A stretch of 64,000 bases of DNA from a virus (Duplodnaviria > Heunggongvirae > Uroviricota > Caudoviricetes). Below, one piece after another: positions 9,350 through 18,527 of the stretch. The DNA lies in the IMG/VR virus record IMGVR_UViG_3300021255_001602, positions 1-64,000 of that record; one strand, given 5' to 3'. The notes under the pieces are model-generated. The model saw only the letters and a program-made list of their open reading frames with translations. It had not been told where the DNA came from and searched no databases. The stretch's first letter is position 1. The number at the start of each line of letters is the position of its first letter. The position numbers and the translations under genes are program-made.

Positions 9350-9625
9350 ATGATTAACGAAGAAAGACTTAAAGCGTTTATTAAAAGCAAGTGCTATGAT
9401 TTACTTAGTGTTAAACATTGTTATAAGTATGCCTGTGATTCTTTTCAGCACGCTGCTAACAATTATACGGTAGGGGTTCGTGCTTCTGATTCTATGACTA
9501 ACTGGTTAGAGAATCTGAAGCGTTGGGAAAGCAGATATACTGAGGAAGAATATCTGTTGAGCCAGTTCTGTCATCAACTTGGTGATGAGTATGTAGAGAT
9601 TTGGAATGAGATTGTGGGGGAATAA
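9350..9625 (+). CDS. hypothetical protein (91 aa)
   Basis: ORF track. Confidence 0.4.
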   Translation: MINEERLKAFIKSKCYDLLSVKHCYKYACDSFQHAANNYTVGVRASDSMTNWLENLKRWESRYTEEEYLLSQFCHQLGDEYVEIWNEIVGE

Positions 9626-10716
9626 TGTTAGAAGATACCAAAAAGACATGGAAAAATTATTTGGATGTGTTGTATTGTGTTTATATGCATGTAGCCCCCA
9701 ATGATAAGAGGTATATTGGTATAACGTCATTAAAGCCTGAAGTTAGATGGGCAAATGGAGAGGGATATCATACTCAAACTGTATTTTATAGGGCAATAAA
9801 AAAATATGGTTGGGATAATTTTAAACATATTATTTTGGAAGAAAAACTTTCTTTTGAACAAGCCTGTAAACGAGAACGCTATTATATTAAAAAATATAAA
9901 ACTAATTTAAACAGATGGCAACATCCTTCTTATGGATATAATCGAGATGATGGTGGTTATTCACATGTTGGTGTTCCTCTATCAGAAGATCATAAAGAAA
10001 AATTAAGAAATAATAAACATAATTTAGCTAAAAGAACTCCAATAGATTACTTTGATTTAAATGGTAAATACCTTGGTACGGCAATGACATATAATGAAGC
10101 ACAAGATATAACTGGCGTTAAAAAAACTAATATATTAAAAGTAGTTAAAGGTCGGCAATTAAGAGCTAGTAAATATATATTTCGGTATCATAAAGATACA
10201 CATGGAAATGATATCCCTGAATCAGAAATAAAAGGGATAAATAATATAATACGAAAAAAGTATAAGGCCAGTATTAAACAAATGATGCCATATGATGGAA
10301 TTGTGTATTGTTGGGATGTACATACCAAACAATTAATTGGAGTTTATGATGATGTTAGAGAAGCCGTGCATAGACTGTATTTAGGTACAGAAACTAATGA
10401 TACAGGCGCAAGACATCGTATATATCAATGTTTAAGAGGTGAAGTTCAAAGTGCTTGTGGCTTTCTGTGGACTAAAGATAAAAAACCACCAACGTTATCA
10501 AAAGATGACTATTCTGGTATGTTGCGTCCTGTTAATAAATATGATATAAACGGTAGTTATATTTGCACATTTAATTCTATAGCAGATGCTGGGCGCAATG
10601 TAGCAGAAGAAACCGGACAAAGTGCTGAAGCCGCACAAAGAAATATTAGGAAGGTATGTGATGGTATAAGGAGAAAATGCGGTGGTTTTGGATGGCAATG
10701 GGCAAATGCAAGTTAA
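9625..10716 (+). CDS. GIY-YIG homing endonuclease (free-standing), with NUMOD-like repeats
   Basis: VLYCVYMHV...KRYIGIT (GIY...YIG), YGWDNFKH, conserved R/E/N positions, C-terminal repeated DNA-binding-like modules; typical I-TevI/Seg-like architecture. Confidence 0.75.
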   Translation: MLEDTKKTWKNYLDVLYCVYMHVAPNDKRYIGITSLKPEVRWANGEGYHTQTVFYRAIKKYGWDNFKHIILEEKLSFEQACKRERYYIKKYKTNLNRWQHPSYGYNRDDGGYSHVGVPLSEDHKEKLRNNKHNLAKRTPIDYFDLNGKYLGTAMTYNEAQDITGVKKTNILKVVKGRQLRASKYIFRYHKDTHGNDIPESEIKGINNIIRKKYKASIKQMMPYDGIVYCWDVHTKQLIGVYDDVREAVHRLYLGTETNDTGARHRIYQCLRGEVQSACGFLWTKDKKPPTLSKDDYSGMLRPVNKYDINGSYICTFNSIADAGRNVAEETGQSAEAAQRNIRKVCDGIRRKCGGFGWQWANAS

Positions 10717-10733
10717 ATGAGGTATAATTAAAA

Positions 10734-11348
10734 ATGAACAAAACGAAAATTCTAATGGTAATTGATATGCAAAACGATTTTATCACTGGCATCCTTGGTA
10801 CTCCAGAAGCACAGGTGATTGTGCCAAAGGTTGTTGAGAAGATTAAGGTTAAAGATTATGACCGTTTAATTTTTACGATGGATATGCATGACGAAGATGA
10901 GTATCCGCAAACAAGAGAAGGACGTTATTTACCAATTCCACATTGCCAAAGTGATAGAGGGTGGAATATCGTGAATGATATTTTAGATACTGTTCATGCG
11001 ACTGGACGTCATCCATGGATTAAAGGAAAAGAAGGATATAATACTATTGTTAAAGAAAATTTCGCAATTGAGGGGAATGTTTGGAGAACGGTGGTTAATC
11101 TTTTGAATTCATTTTTGGATATGTATGTTCCTCTTGATTATAAGGGAGAAGACCTTGAATTTGAATTCATAGGTGTTTGTACAGATATCTGTGTGGTCTC
11201 TAACGCATTCGCAATTCGTCAAGCATTCCCTGAAGCTGAAATCACTATTGATGCATCGTGTTGCGCTGGTACTACTCCAGAACTTCATAGAGCAGCATTA
11301 ATGACTATGAAATCTTGTCAGATGAACATTATTAACGAGGACATTTAA
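10734..11348 (+). CDS. isochorismatase-family cysteine hydrolase (PncA nicotinamidase-like)
   Basis: ILMVIDMQNDF (catalytic Asp), ...HC... and GVCTDICV (catalytic Cys) arrangement typical of nicotinamidase/isochorismatase fold. Confidence 0.6.
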   Translation: MNKTKILMVIDMQNDFITGILGTPEAQVIVPKVVEKIKVKDYDRLIFTMDMHDEDEYPQTREGRYLPIPHCQSDRGWNIVNDILDTVHATGRHPWIKGKEGYNTIVKENFAIEGNVWRTVVNLLNSFLDMYVPLDYKGEDLEFEFIGVCTDICVVSNAFAIRQAFPEAEITIDASCCAGTTPELHRAALMTMKSCQMNIINEDI

Positions 11349-11576
11349 ATGGCTAAATATGAAGACCAATGCCTCTTCGCTATCACAGCTGATTATCGAC
11401 CAAACAATGAGAATAAACCAGTTTACTACGTTTTAGCACCAAATCGGCGTAAAGCAAAGAGTAAATTCAAAGAAACAATTACATGGCTGACGATTTATGA
11501 TTGTAAGCGCATTCGTCAGGAAGACAAGATTCAGGACATTATAGATCATCCAGAGAAACACATTATTATTAAATAA
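11349..11576 (+). CDS. hypothetical protein (75 aa)
   Basis: start 1 nt after previous stop. Confidence 0.4.
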   Translation: MAKYEDQCLFAITADYRPNNENKPVYYVLAPNRRKAKSKFKETITWLTIYDCKRIRQEDKIQDIIDHPEKHIIIK

Positions 11577-11736
11577 GGAGATATAAAATGAAGATTGCTA
11601 TAATTATTCTGTTTGTAATTGATATTATTTTTGGCGCTGAAATGTGGTCGTTGCATGATAGGATTGAGGCTCTGGAACAGGAAGTATATATTCGTAAGAT
11701 TGCGGATGAAGCAACATTGAAAGAAGGTGATGATAC

Positions 11737-12231
11737 GTGAGTACATTATATGAACTGACAAATGATTGGTTGATGCTCATGGAAATGGCTGAAGATCCAG
11801 ATATTGAAGAGGATGTCTTTATTGACACTCTTGAAGGAATTGAGGGCGAGATTGAGATTAAAGCCGATGGCTATGCGAAGATGATTAGACAGCTTGAGCA
11901 TGATGCTGAGGCATGCGGTGCTGAGGCAAAGCGCTTTACAGAAAAGAAGAAGTTCATTGAGAACAAAATTGATCGGATGAAGAAGTCGCTTCAGGGTGCT
12001 ATGGAAACTACTGGTAAGACAAAATTTAAGACAGAACTCTTCTCTTTCAATGTACAGAATAATCCTCCAAGTGTGGCGGTTGAAGTGGACATTGATAAGA
12101 TTCCTGAGAGGTATCTTAAACCAGTTGAGCCAAAGGTTGATAAGGAACTTATGAAGAAAGATTTAAAAGCTGGGATTGATCTGGATGGGGTCGCTCATCT
12201 GGTACAGACAAGGGGGCTGAGGATTAAGTGA
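11737..12231 (+). CDS. Sipho_Gp157-like protein
   Basis: MSTLYELTNDWLML... N-terminus and ~160-aa coiled-coil architecture characteristic of the Gp157 family of Firmicute siphophages. Confidence 0.5.
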   Translation: MSTLYELTNDWLMLMEMAEDPDIEEDVFIDTLEGIEGEIEIKADGYAKMIRQLEHDAEACGAEAKRFTEKKKFIENKIDRMKKSLQGAMETTGKTKFKTELFSFNVQNNPPSVAVEVDIDKIPERYLKPVEPKVDKELMKKDLKAGIDLDGVAHLVQTRGLRIK

Positions 12232-12515
12232 TATTATTAATAGGAAGTAACGCATATAATACCAGAGACCAGACAATGGAATATTATGGTGAAGCGGATA
12301 CACAAGAAGAATTATTTGCGCTTTGTAATAGATATTTAGACGATAACAATTATGACCAATATGGCTATAGGCGTTGGCTTTGTGACAAGACTCCATTGGG
12401 TAAGCCATTGTGGATAGTTGATTTCGGTAGTTGGAATCGGTTCTTTTATATATATGATTTAAACGGGCAGTTATTGGAAGATTGGAATAAAATGAATAAA
12501 GGGAATAACGAATGA
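12228..12515 (+). CDS. hypothetical protein (95 aa)
   Basis: ATGA overlap. Confidence 0.4.
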   Translation: MILLIGSNAYNTRDQTMEYYGEADTQEELFALCNRYLDDNNYDQYGYRRWLCDKTPLGKPLWIVDFGSWNRFFYIYDLNGQLLEDWNKMNKGNNE

Positions 12516-12656
12516 ATCCTGTATTTATATTTTTAGTGATTCTATTTGCCATCTTTCTTTGGGGAGCGCTAAATATTTTCTTCCCAATCATTGGAGATGT
12601 GCTTTTAGATATGTGGAATGATATTAAGAGAAGTTTGAATGAAAAGGAGTAAAGAG

Positions 12657-13604
12657 ATGAAAGGTATTGTTGGTGGCGTTTTTTCGGCTATTGTAATTGC
12701 CCTTGTGGTTATTTGTTGTTTCAAATGTACAGAGAGGATTCCTGCGGGCTATGTAGGTGTCGTGTATAAGATGAATGGTGGTATTGATGACGAGGTTTTG
12801 TCTCAGGGATGGCATGTTGTTTCACCTACTAAACAGATTACACTGTATTCTATTGGTATTGAGCAGTCTTATCTTACTGCTGGAGACGATGGGGATTCTG
12901 AGGGCGATGATAGCTTTGAGGCTCCTTCGAAGGATGGTAAAGGTCTGAGGGTTGATGAGACATTTACTTACAGATATGATCCTGAACGGGTCGCTGAAAT
13001 CTTTACAAGATTCAAAGGTCGTTCTGGTAAGGAAGTACTTCGTACATTTATTAGACCGAATGTAATGTCTTGGACTAAGGAAGTCACGCCCAGATATTAT
13101 ATGACAGAGATCATCGGTGAACAGCGTGGTGCGGTTAATATTGCTCTTACTGAATATCTGAAAGAGAAATTTGAGCCTTACGGAATTATCATCGAGAGTG
13201 CGTCACTGATTGATGTCAATGTAGATGAAGAAACAGATAAGGCAATTCAGAAGAAGATTCAGGCTCAGCAGGATTTGGAAGTTGCTAAGATTAATAAGCA
13301 GACAGCTTCTGTAGATGCTGAAAAGGAAAAGGAAGTTGCGCTTATTAATGCTGAGAAAGATAAAGAGACAGCTAAGATCAATGCAGAAAAGGCAAAGATT
13401 AAAGCTGAGGGTGATGCAGAAGCTAAGAGAATCGCTGCTGAAGCTGAGGCAGAGGCTAATAAGAAAGTTGCTGGTTCGTTGACTCCAGAACTTATTGAGA
13501 AACAGAAAATTGAAAAGTGGAATGGTACTGTTCCTCAGATTCAGGGTAGTTCCACTCCTATTGTAGACACACGTAATCTTACAACAACAGAGGAAGGTGA
13601 TTAA
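12657..13604 (+). CDS. SPFH/band-7 (prohibitin/stomatin-like) membrane protein
   Basis: N-terminal TM helix, SPFH core, long A/E/K-rich coiled-coil tail (AEKEKEVALINAEKDKETAKINAEKAKIKAEGDAEAKRIAAEAEAEA). Confidence 0.7.
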   Translation: MKGIVGGVFSAIVIALVVICCFKCTERIPAGYVGVVYKMNGGIDDEVLSQGWHVVSPTKQITLYSIGIEQSYLTAGDDGDSEGDDSFEAPSKDGKGLRVDETFTYRYDPERVAEIFTRFKGRSGKEVLRTFIRPNVMSWTKEVTPRYYMTEIIGEQRGAVNIALTEYLKEKFEPYGIIIESASLIDVNVDEETDKAIQKKIQAQQDLEVAKINKQTASVDAEKEKEVALINAEKDKETAKINAEKAKIKAEGDAEAKRIAAEAEAEANKKVAGSLTPELIEKQKIEKWNGTVPQIQGSSTPIVDTRNLTTTEEGD

Positions 13605-13675
13605 TATGAAATTTGAGTGCAAGAGTTATAATCATGCGCCTGAAGTAACATCAGTAATTGAGGAGGTTAGATCAA

Positions 13676-14044
13676 ATGGCTAAGGATAAACATGGTAAGC
13701 ACAAGGAATGGTGTAAGAACTATAAGGCAAGCGGACAGCGTGAAGTTAATAAGGTAAAGAAGCAGGAACGTCATGAAAAGCAACTTGCATATTTTGCAAA
13801 GCGCCGTGAAGAGGGTAAGACATATACTTATCAGAAGAATCCGTATGAAAAGGATTCTAGGGCGTGGCTGACTGAGCGTGCAAAACGTGCTGAGAAGACG
13901 CATAAAGATCCTAATGAGTATCGGCATTACGCAAAGGTGTTTGGGCGTCTTCAACGTGATCTTGACCGTGAATATGCTGAGGCACGTAAGGAAGAGATGA
14001 AGACTAAGAAACGTAATAAAAAGATTGACGCAAGTGATAATTAA
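13676..14044 (+). CDS. hypothetical basic protein
   Basis: K/R-rich, 122 aa from ATG 13676. Confidence 0.4.
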   Translation: MAKDKHGKHKEWCKNYKASGQREVNKVKKQERHEKQLAYFAKRREEGKTYTYQKNPYEKDSRAWLTERAKRAEKTHKDPNEYRHYAKVFGRLQRDLDREYAEARKEEMKTKKRNKKIDASDN

Positions 14045-14047
14045 AGC

Positions 14048-14075
14048 TTGACAAATAAGCGTGGTTTGATAGAAT
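14048..14075 (+). promoter_or_regulatory. sigma-A-like promoter TTGACA-16-TAGAAT with extended -10 (TGaTAGAAT)
   Basis: consensus -35 at 14048; TG-extended -10 at ~14070; upstream of 14227 gene pair. Confidence 0.6.
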
Positions 14076-14226
14076 ATAATTAAATGTGAGGTGATTGTAT
14101 GAACAGATTGTACAAAGAACTTGACAGGATATTGTGGTCTATCCGACCACGCTTTTATCTCTGTCGTGATGTAATTGTAGTTAGATGGATGAAGTATGAA
14201 TGGTTGATTAAAAGGAGACATATGTT

Positions 14227-14991
14227 ATGAAGATTCAAGTAAGAAATGGCGCTTGGGAGACAAATAGTAGCAGCATGCATTCGTTGCTTATTATGAAAAA
14301 GCGTCAGACAATGACTCAGGCAGAGATCAGGGATGAGTTCTATCTTGAAGATTGGTACAAGGAGCGTGGAAATATTCTGCGCTTGGATTCTTGGGACAAT
14401 GATTTTGGTAGAGAATTCAGGGTACTCACGTCATTTAGGGACAAGTTGTCTTACGCAATGGCTGCCATGCTTGGAAACTGCTATAACTTAAAGAATTATA
14501 TTAAGGCTGGCAATGAGTTTATGTACACCTTTGAGCCGATGTTGAAAAAGTTAGTTGGTGTGGATGAAGTTGAAATGCCGATGGAGTCTGAGTTCTTTAG
14601 AGTTTACAGTGATACTGTAACAGATGATGTTGAGCAGGATTACGAGACTTATGAAGAAGTGCCCTATGAGGATTTGGTTTACGATGAGACCAAAGAGTAT
14701 GGGCGTTATAAGGAAGTTTGTAAGTCCGGTCGTAAGCAGATGGGGATTTATCTGGAAGTGCCGAAATTTGGTAGTATCGATCATCAATCCATGGGCTTGT
14801 TCCAGATGTTTCTTAGGAAGTATGGAATTACTATTGAAGAGTATTTAATTCGTAAGGATATCGTGGTCGTAGTAGATGGTGATGAGACTTGTATCTTTGG
14901 CACTATGATGGACGCTGGCCTTGTAGATAAGGATGCGATTCAGGTCTTATATTCTGTTAGCAAGTCTTATGAGAAGAAGGTGAAATCATGA
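14227..14991 (+). CDS. hypothetical protein, 'WETNSSSMHS' family paralog A
   Basis: N-terminal MKIQVRNGAWETNSSSMHS shared with the next gene. Confidence 0.5.
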   Translation: MKIQVRNGAWETNSSSMHSLLIMKKRQTMTQAEIRDEFYLEDWYKERGNILRLDSWDNDFGREFRVLTSFRDKLSYAMAAMLGNCYNLKNYIKAGNEFMYTFEPMLKKLVGVDEVEMPMESEFFRVYSDTVTDDVEQDYETYEEVPYEDLVYDETKEYGRYKEVCKSGRKQMGIYLEVPKFGSIDHQSMGLFQMFLRKYGITIEEYLIRKDIVVVVDGDETCIFGTMMDAGLVDKDAIQVLYSVSKSYEKKVKS

Positions 14992-15479
14992 GAAAGCAGA
15001 TTAGGTTAAGTGTGTGGGAAACAAATAGTAGTAGTGTGCATAGTTTCTGTTTCAATAAAAAAGGATTAGAGAAATGCCATATGAAAATCCATGAAGACGG
15101 CTATGTGCATATTACTTTGGATCAGTATTTTGGTAAGGATGAAGAACAGTTCTTTAATCAAAAAACTAAATTAAAGTATATCGTTACATGGTTGTATGCT
15201 TATTATGATTTTGATAAAGCAAAAATCAGAGATGAGGGATATGTTTTCAATAATTTTAATGAAGCATTCGGCAAGTATGTAACAGAACACAATGGCGTTT
15301 TGTGTCGTGGCGTTAAAGTAGATGAGTGTAAATGGGAAGGGGCTTATGATTATTTTGATCATCAACAGCTGAGTAGCGGTTGGTGGGATGATAATTGTAT
15401 AGTGAACCTTTGGGACTCTGAAGCATGTGTTGAGTTTATTTTTAATAAGTACGTTGGATTGGAGACAGGGTGTGATTAA
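14988..15479 (+). CDS. hypothetical protein, 'WETNSSSVHS' family paralog B
   Basis: N-terminal MRKQIRLSVWETNSSSVHS; ATGA overlap with paralog A. Confidence 0.5.
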   Translation: MRKQIRLSVWETNSSSVHSFCFNKKGLEKCHMKIHEDGYVHITLDQYFGKDEEQFFNQKTKLKYIVTWLYAYYDFDKAKIRDEGYVFNNFNEAFGKYVTEHNGVLCRGVKVDECKWEGAYDYFDHQQLSSGWWDDNCIVNLWDSEACVEFIFNKYVGLETGCD

Positions 15480-16517
15480 ATGATTAAAACCAGAGATGAT
15501 ATTGGTAATATGTTGGCTTTTGATGAACGTTATAGTTTTCTTGGCAAAGAGCCTCTTGTGGGAAATATTGTTCTTTTAGGACTTGGTGGTAGTTATGCCT
15601 ATGGTACTAACAATGAAGACAGTGATATTGATATTCGTGGTATAGCTACTCATAATGCTCAGGACATTTTGACCCGTAAAGGATTTGAGCAGGTGGTTAA
15701 CGAGGAAACTGATACAACTATTTATTCTCTTGAAAAGATTGTGAACCTTCTTTCTAATTGTAATCCTAATACAATTGAGATTCTTGGCCTTGAGCCTTGG
15801 CAGTATTTCTATGTAACAGATATCGGTCAGGCGCTCATTGATAATAGAGATATGTTTCTTTCTAAGCGTGCCATCCATTCATTTGGAGGTTATGCGGGAA
15901 GCCAGCTTAGACGTTTAGAGAATCGGGCTGCTAGAACTATGGAGCAATCTAAGCGTGAGGAGTTTATTTTGCGCAGCATTGAAAATGCTAAATATACATT
16001 CCCCGCAAAGTTTTTTGAACATCCAGAAGACGCAATTAAGCTATATCTTGATGAAGCAGTAAATCCTGATTATGATACAGAGATTTTTATGGATGTTGAT
16101 TTAAAGCATTATCCCCTTCGAGATTATAAATCAATGTGGTCAGAGATGCTTGCAATTGTCAAAGAGTATGCAAAAATCGGGGCTAGGAATCGTAAAGCAA
16201 TTGAACGTGGTAAGCTAGGTAAGCACATGATGCATCTGGTTCGGCTTTATCTGATGTGTTTTGATATTCTTGAAAAAGGCGAGATTATTACTTATCGTGA
16301 GAAAGAGCATGACTTTCTTATGGATATTAGGAATGGTAAGTATCTTGATGATGAAGATCATCCGGTCGCAGAATTCTATGATATTGTAGATGATTTAGAA
16401 AATAAGTTACAATATTGGAAAGAACATACAAGTCTTCCCGCAAATCCTGATTATGATAGGATTAATAAGTTTCTTGCCGAGGCAAACTGGGCAGTGGTTA
16501 AGGAGTATAAAAAATGA
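15480..16517 (+). CDS. Pol-beta-superfamily nucleotidyltransferase with helical C-terminal domain
   Basis: LLGLGGSYAYGTNNEDSDIDIRGI = GS-x(9-13)-[DE]h[DE]h NTase signature (as in KNTase/minimal NTases/CD-NTases); start 1 nt after upstream stop. Confidence 0.55.
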   Translation: MIKTRDDIGNMLAFDERYSFLGKEPLVGNIVLLGLGGSYAYGTNNEDSDIDIRGIATHNAQDILTRKGFEQVVNEETDTTIYSLEKIVNLLSNCNPNTIEILGLEPWQYFYVTDIGQALIDNRDMFLSKRAIHSFGGYAGSQLRRLENRAARTMEQSKREEFILRSIENAKYTFPAKFFEHPEDAIKLYLDEAVNPDYDTEIFMDVDLKHYPLRDYKSMWSEMLAIVKEYAKIGARNRKAIERGKLGKHMMHLVRLYLMCFDILEKGEIITYREKEHDFLMDIRNGKYLDDEDHPVAEFYDIVDDLENKLQYWKEHTSLPANPDYDRINKFLAEANWAVVKEYKK

Positions 16518-17434
16518 AAGAGTTAGCACAATATCAGAATGGTAATACAATTACTACCATTTACGATGATGGAACAAAGATTCATGTAACAGAAGATGAT
16601 GATTTCCGCTTTCAGTACAGTGAATCCTGTGATATTCAAATCTCACAGTGCTGTGATAATGGGTGTGAGTTTTGTTATGCAGGTTGCTCTCCTACTGGTA
16701 AGCATGGTGATTTGACCAGTTGGAGATTCTTGCATACCATGCATCCTTATACGGAGATTGCTATCAATCTTCAGTTTCCTACTCCACCTGATTTGATGGA
16801 ATTCCTGTATACTATGAAAGCACAGAATGTATTTGTGAATGCCACCATTAATCAGAAGCATTTTATGAGCGATTACGGTCGGCAGTTTGTGCGTTTTCTT
16901 ATGAAGATGGGACTGATTAAAGGGATTGGTATTTCATTGGTTGATCCTACACAGGAAGGATTCATTGAAGCCATTAAAGAATTTCCAAATGCTATCATCC
17001 ATGTAATTGCTGGGGTTATTAATCCTGAGGATATTAATGCTCTGGGTGATCATGATTTGAAGATTCTTATTCTGGGATATAAGCAGAAGGGTCGTGGTCT
17101 TCCTTATTATAAGGATAATAACCAAATGATTCTGGATAATATTGCATGGCTTGAGTCTGGGATTGTAGAGCTTGCTGACAAATTTGAAATCGTGTCCTTT
17201 GATAATTTGGCGCTTGAACAGCTTCATATGAGAGATAAGCTTACAGATGAAGAGTGGGAACTGTATTATGCAGGTGAAGACGGGACAGTTACTTTTTATA
17301 TTGATTTGGTAAGTGGAACATTCGCAAGAAGTAGTCTTTCTGAAATCCATTACCCTATTGGTAATAAGAGCATTGATGATATGTTTCAGATTGTAAGAGA
17401 GGAAGTTATGAATGAGTCAAAGGAATTGTCCTAA
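16514..17434 (+). CDS. radical SAM enzyme (CxxxCxxC)
   Basis: SQCCDNGCEFCYAG: C-x3-C-x2-C cluster near N-terminus in a ~300-aa protein; ATGA overlap with NTase gene. Confidence 0.55.
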   Translation: MKELAQYQNGNTITTIYDDGTKIHVTEDDDFRFQYSESCDIQISQCCDNGCEFCYAGCSPTGKHGDLTSWRFLHTMHPYTEIAINLQFPTPPDLMEFLYTMKAQNVFVNATINQKHFMSDYGRQFVRFLMKMGLIKGIGISLVDPTQEGFIEAIKEFPNAIIHVIAGVINPEDINALGDHDLKILILGYKQKGRGLPYYKDNNQMILDNIAWLESGIVELADKFEIVSFDNLALEQLHMRDKLTDEEWELYYAGEDGTVTFYIDLVSGTFARSSLSEIHYPIGNKSIDDMFQIVREEVMNESKELS

Positions 17435-17750
17435 CTGTGGGGCACCATACAAAACAGAATTAAATACTTGTCCATATTGTGGAACTTCGTATTTTGATAT
17501 GAGTGCTATTGATGTCAGTGAGAATAAGCCATTTTATTTGAAACTGAAAATGAATGGTATGGTATTTACTTCTAAAGTTATTGCTGAGCCTGATATACAG
17601 ATAGAAGTTAATCAAGATGATTATTGTGCTTATAATCATAATGGAGACAAGATATATAGAATTGTAGCGAATCGATATTTAGATATAGATATGCATTTTA
17701 CATCTGTACATGATTTTAAAGAACCATTATATACTGTGGAGGTTAAATAA
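17412..17750 (+). CDS. zinc-ribbon protein (CPNCG...CPYCG)
   Basis: 112 aa; overlaps upstream gene end. Confidence 0.45.
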   Translation: MSQRNCPNCGAPYKTELNTCPYCGTSYFDMSAIDVSENKPFYLKLKMNGMVFTSKVIAEPDIQIEVNQDDYCAYNHNGDKIYRIVANRYLDIDMHFTSVHDFKEPLYTVEVK

Positions 17751-17947
17751 TGACTTGGTTTGAAACGAAACTGGATGGCTATGATTTTTGTGTGCAGTCT
17801 GGAGATTACGAGGTAAGACGTAAGGGTGAACAGGTCGGATTGTATTATTATGATCATAGAATTGGTTGGTGCAACGATGTTAAAAAGGGAATGTTTAGAG
17901 CATGGGTTCTTGAGTTGTATGGGAGAAAAAGAAATGGATACTGTTGA
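17750..17947 (+). CDS. hypothetical protein (65 aa)
   Basis: ORF track. Confidence 0.3.
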   Translation: MTWFETKLDGYDFCVQSGDYEVRRKGEQVGLYYYDHRIGWCNDVKKGMFRAWVLELYGRKRNGYC

Positions 17948-18527
17948 GTACAATAAAGTATTGGTTCAAAAGTACCCTTGGCTTTATCCACATTATCAAT
18001 GGAGTGGTGAAAAAGTTGAGGACTATGATTATACATGGACTGAATTAGATGCATTGTCTGAAGGTTGGCGTGAAGCGTTCGGGGAATTGCTTTGTGAGGA
18101 AATTCAAGAAGAGTTAGAGAAGTTTGATTACGCAGATAAATATAGTATTGCACAGATAAAAAGCAAATTCGGTGAAATGCGCTGGTATGATAATGGATGT
18201 CCTGATAAATGTAGAGTCCATGAAATTATTGAGAATTATGCGGCTATAAGTGGTTATATTTGTGAAGCATGTGGTGAACTTGATGTACCTAGTACTGACG
18301 GCTGGATTATGCCAGTGTGTAAAGAATGCATTAAAAAGATGAATTATAAAGACCCTGATGCATATTGGGAGCAGATTAGTAAAGAACAGTTTCCTCATAC
18401 TCTCCCGCTTACACGTAGGTATAGACGGTGGTCTCCTGACAAGGATGAGTGGGAAGAGTTTGTTGTAGATTTGACACCAACAGTTCAGAAGATTCGGAAG
18501 CGATATGCAGAAAGGCATGGTGATTGA
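17934..18527 (+). CDS. hypothetical Cys-rich protein (CEACG...CKEC)
   Basis: ATG 17934 overlapping previous stop. Confidence 0.4.
   Translation: MDTVEYNKVLVQKYPWLYPHYQWSGEKVEDYDYTWTELDALSEGWREAFGELLCEEIQEELEKFDYADKYSIAQIKSKFGEMRWYDNGCPDKCRVHEIIENYAAISGYICEACGELDVPSTDGWIMPVCKECIKKMNYKDPDAYWEQISKEQFPHTLPLTRRYRRWSPDKDEWEEFVVDLTPTVQKIRKRYAERHGD

Noticed and set aside
13203-14221. Minus-strand ORFs (139 aa and 184 aa) opposite the SPFH and basic-protein genes
   Set aside because: Leu/Phe/Ile/Ser-rich antisense artefacts of K/E-rich coiled-coil coding sequence. They conflict with the co-directional operon structure.
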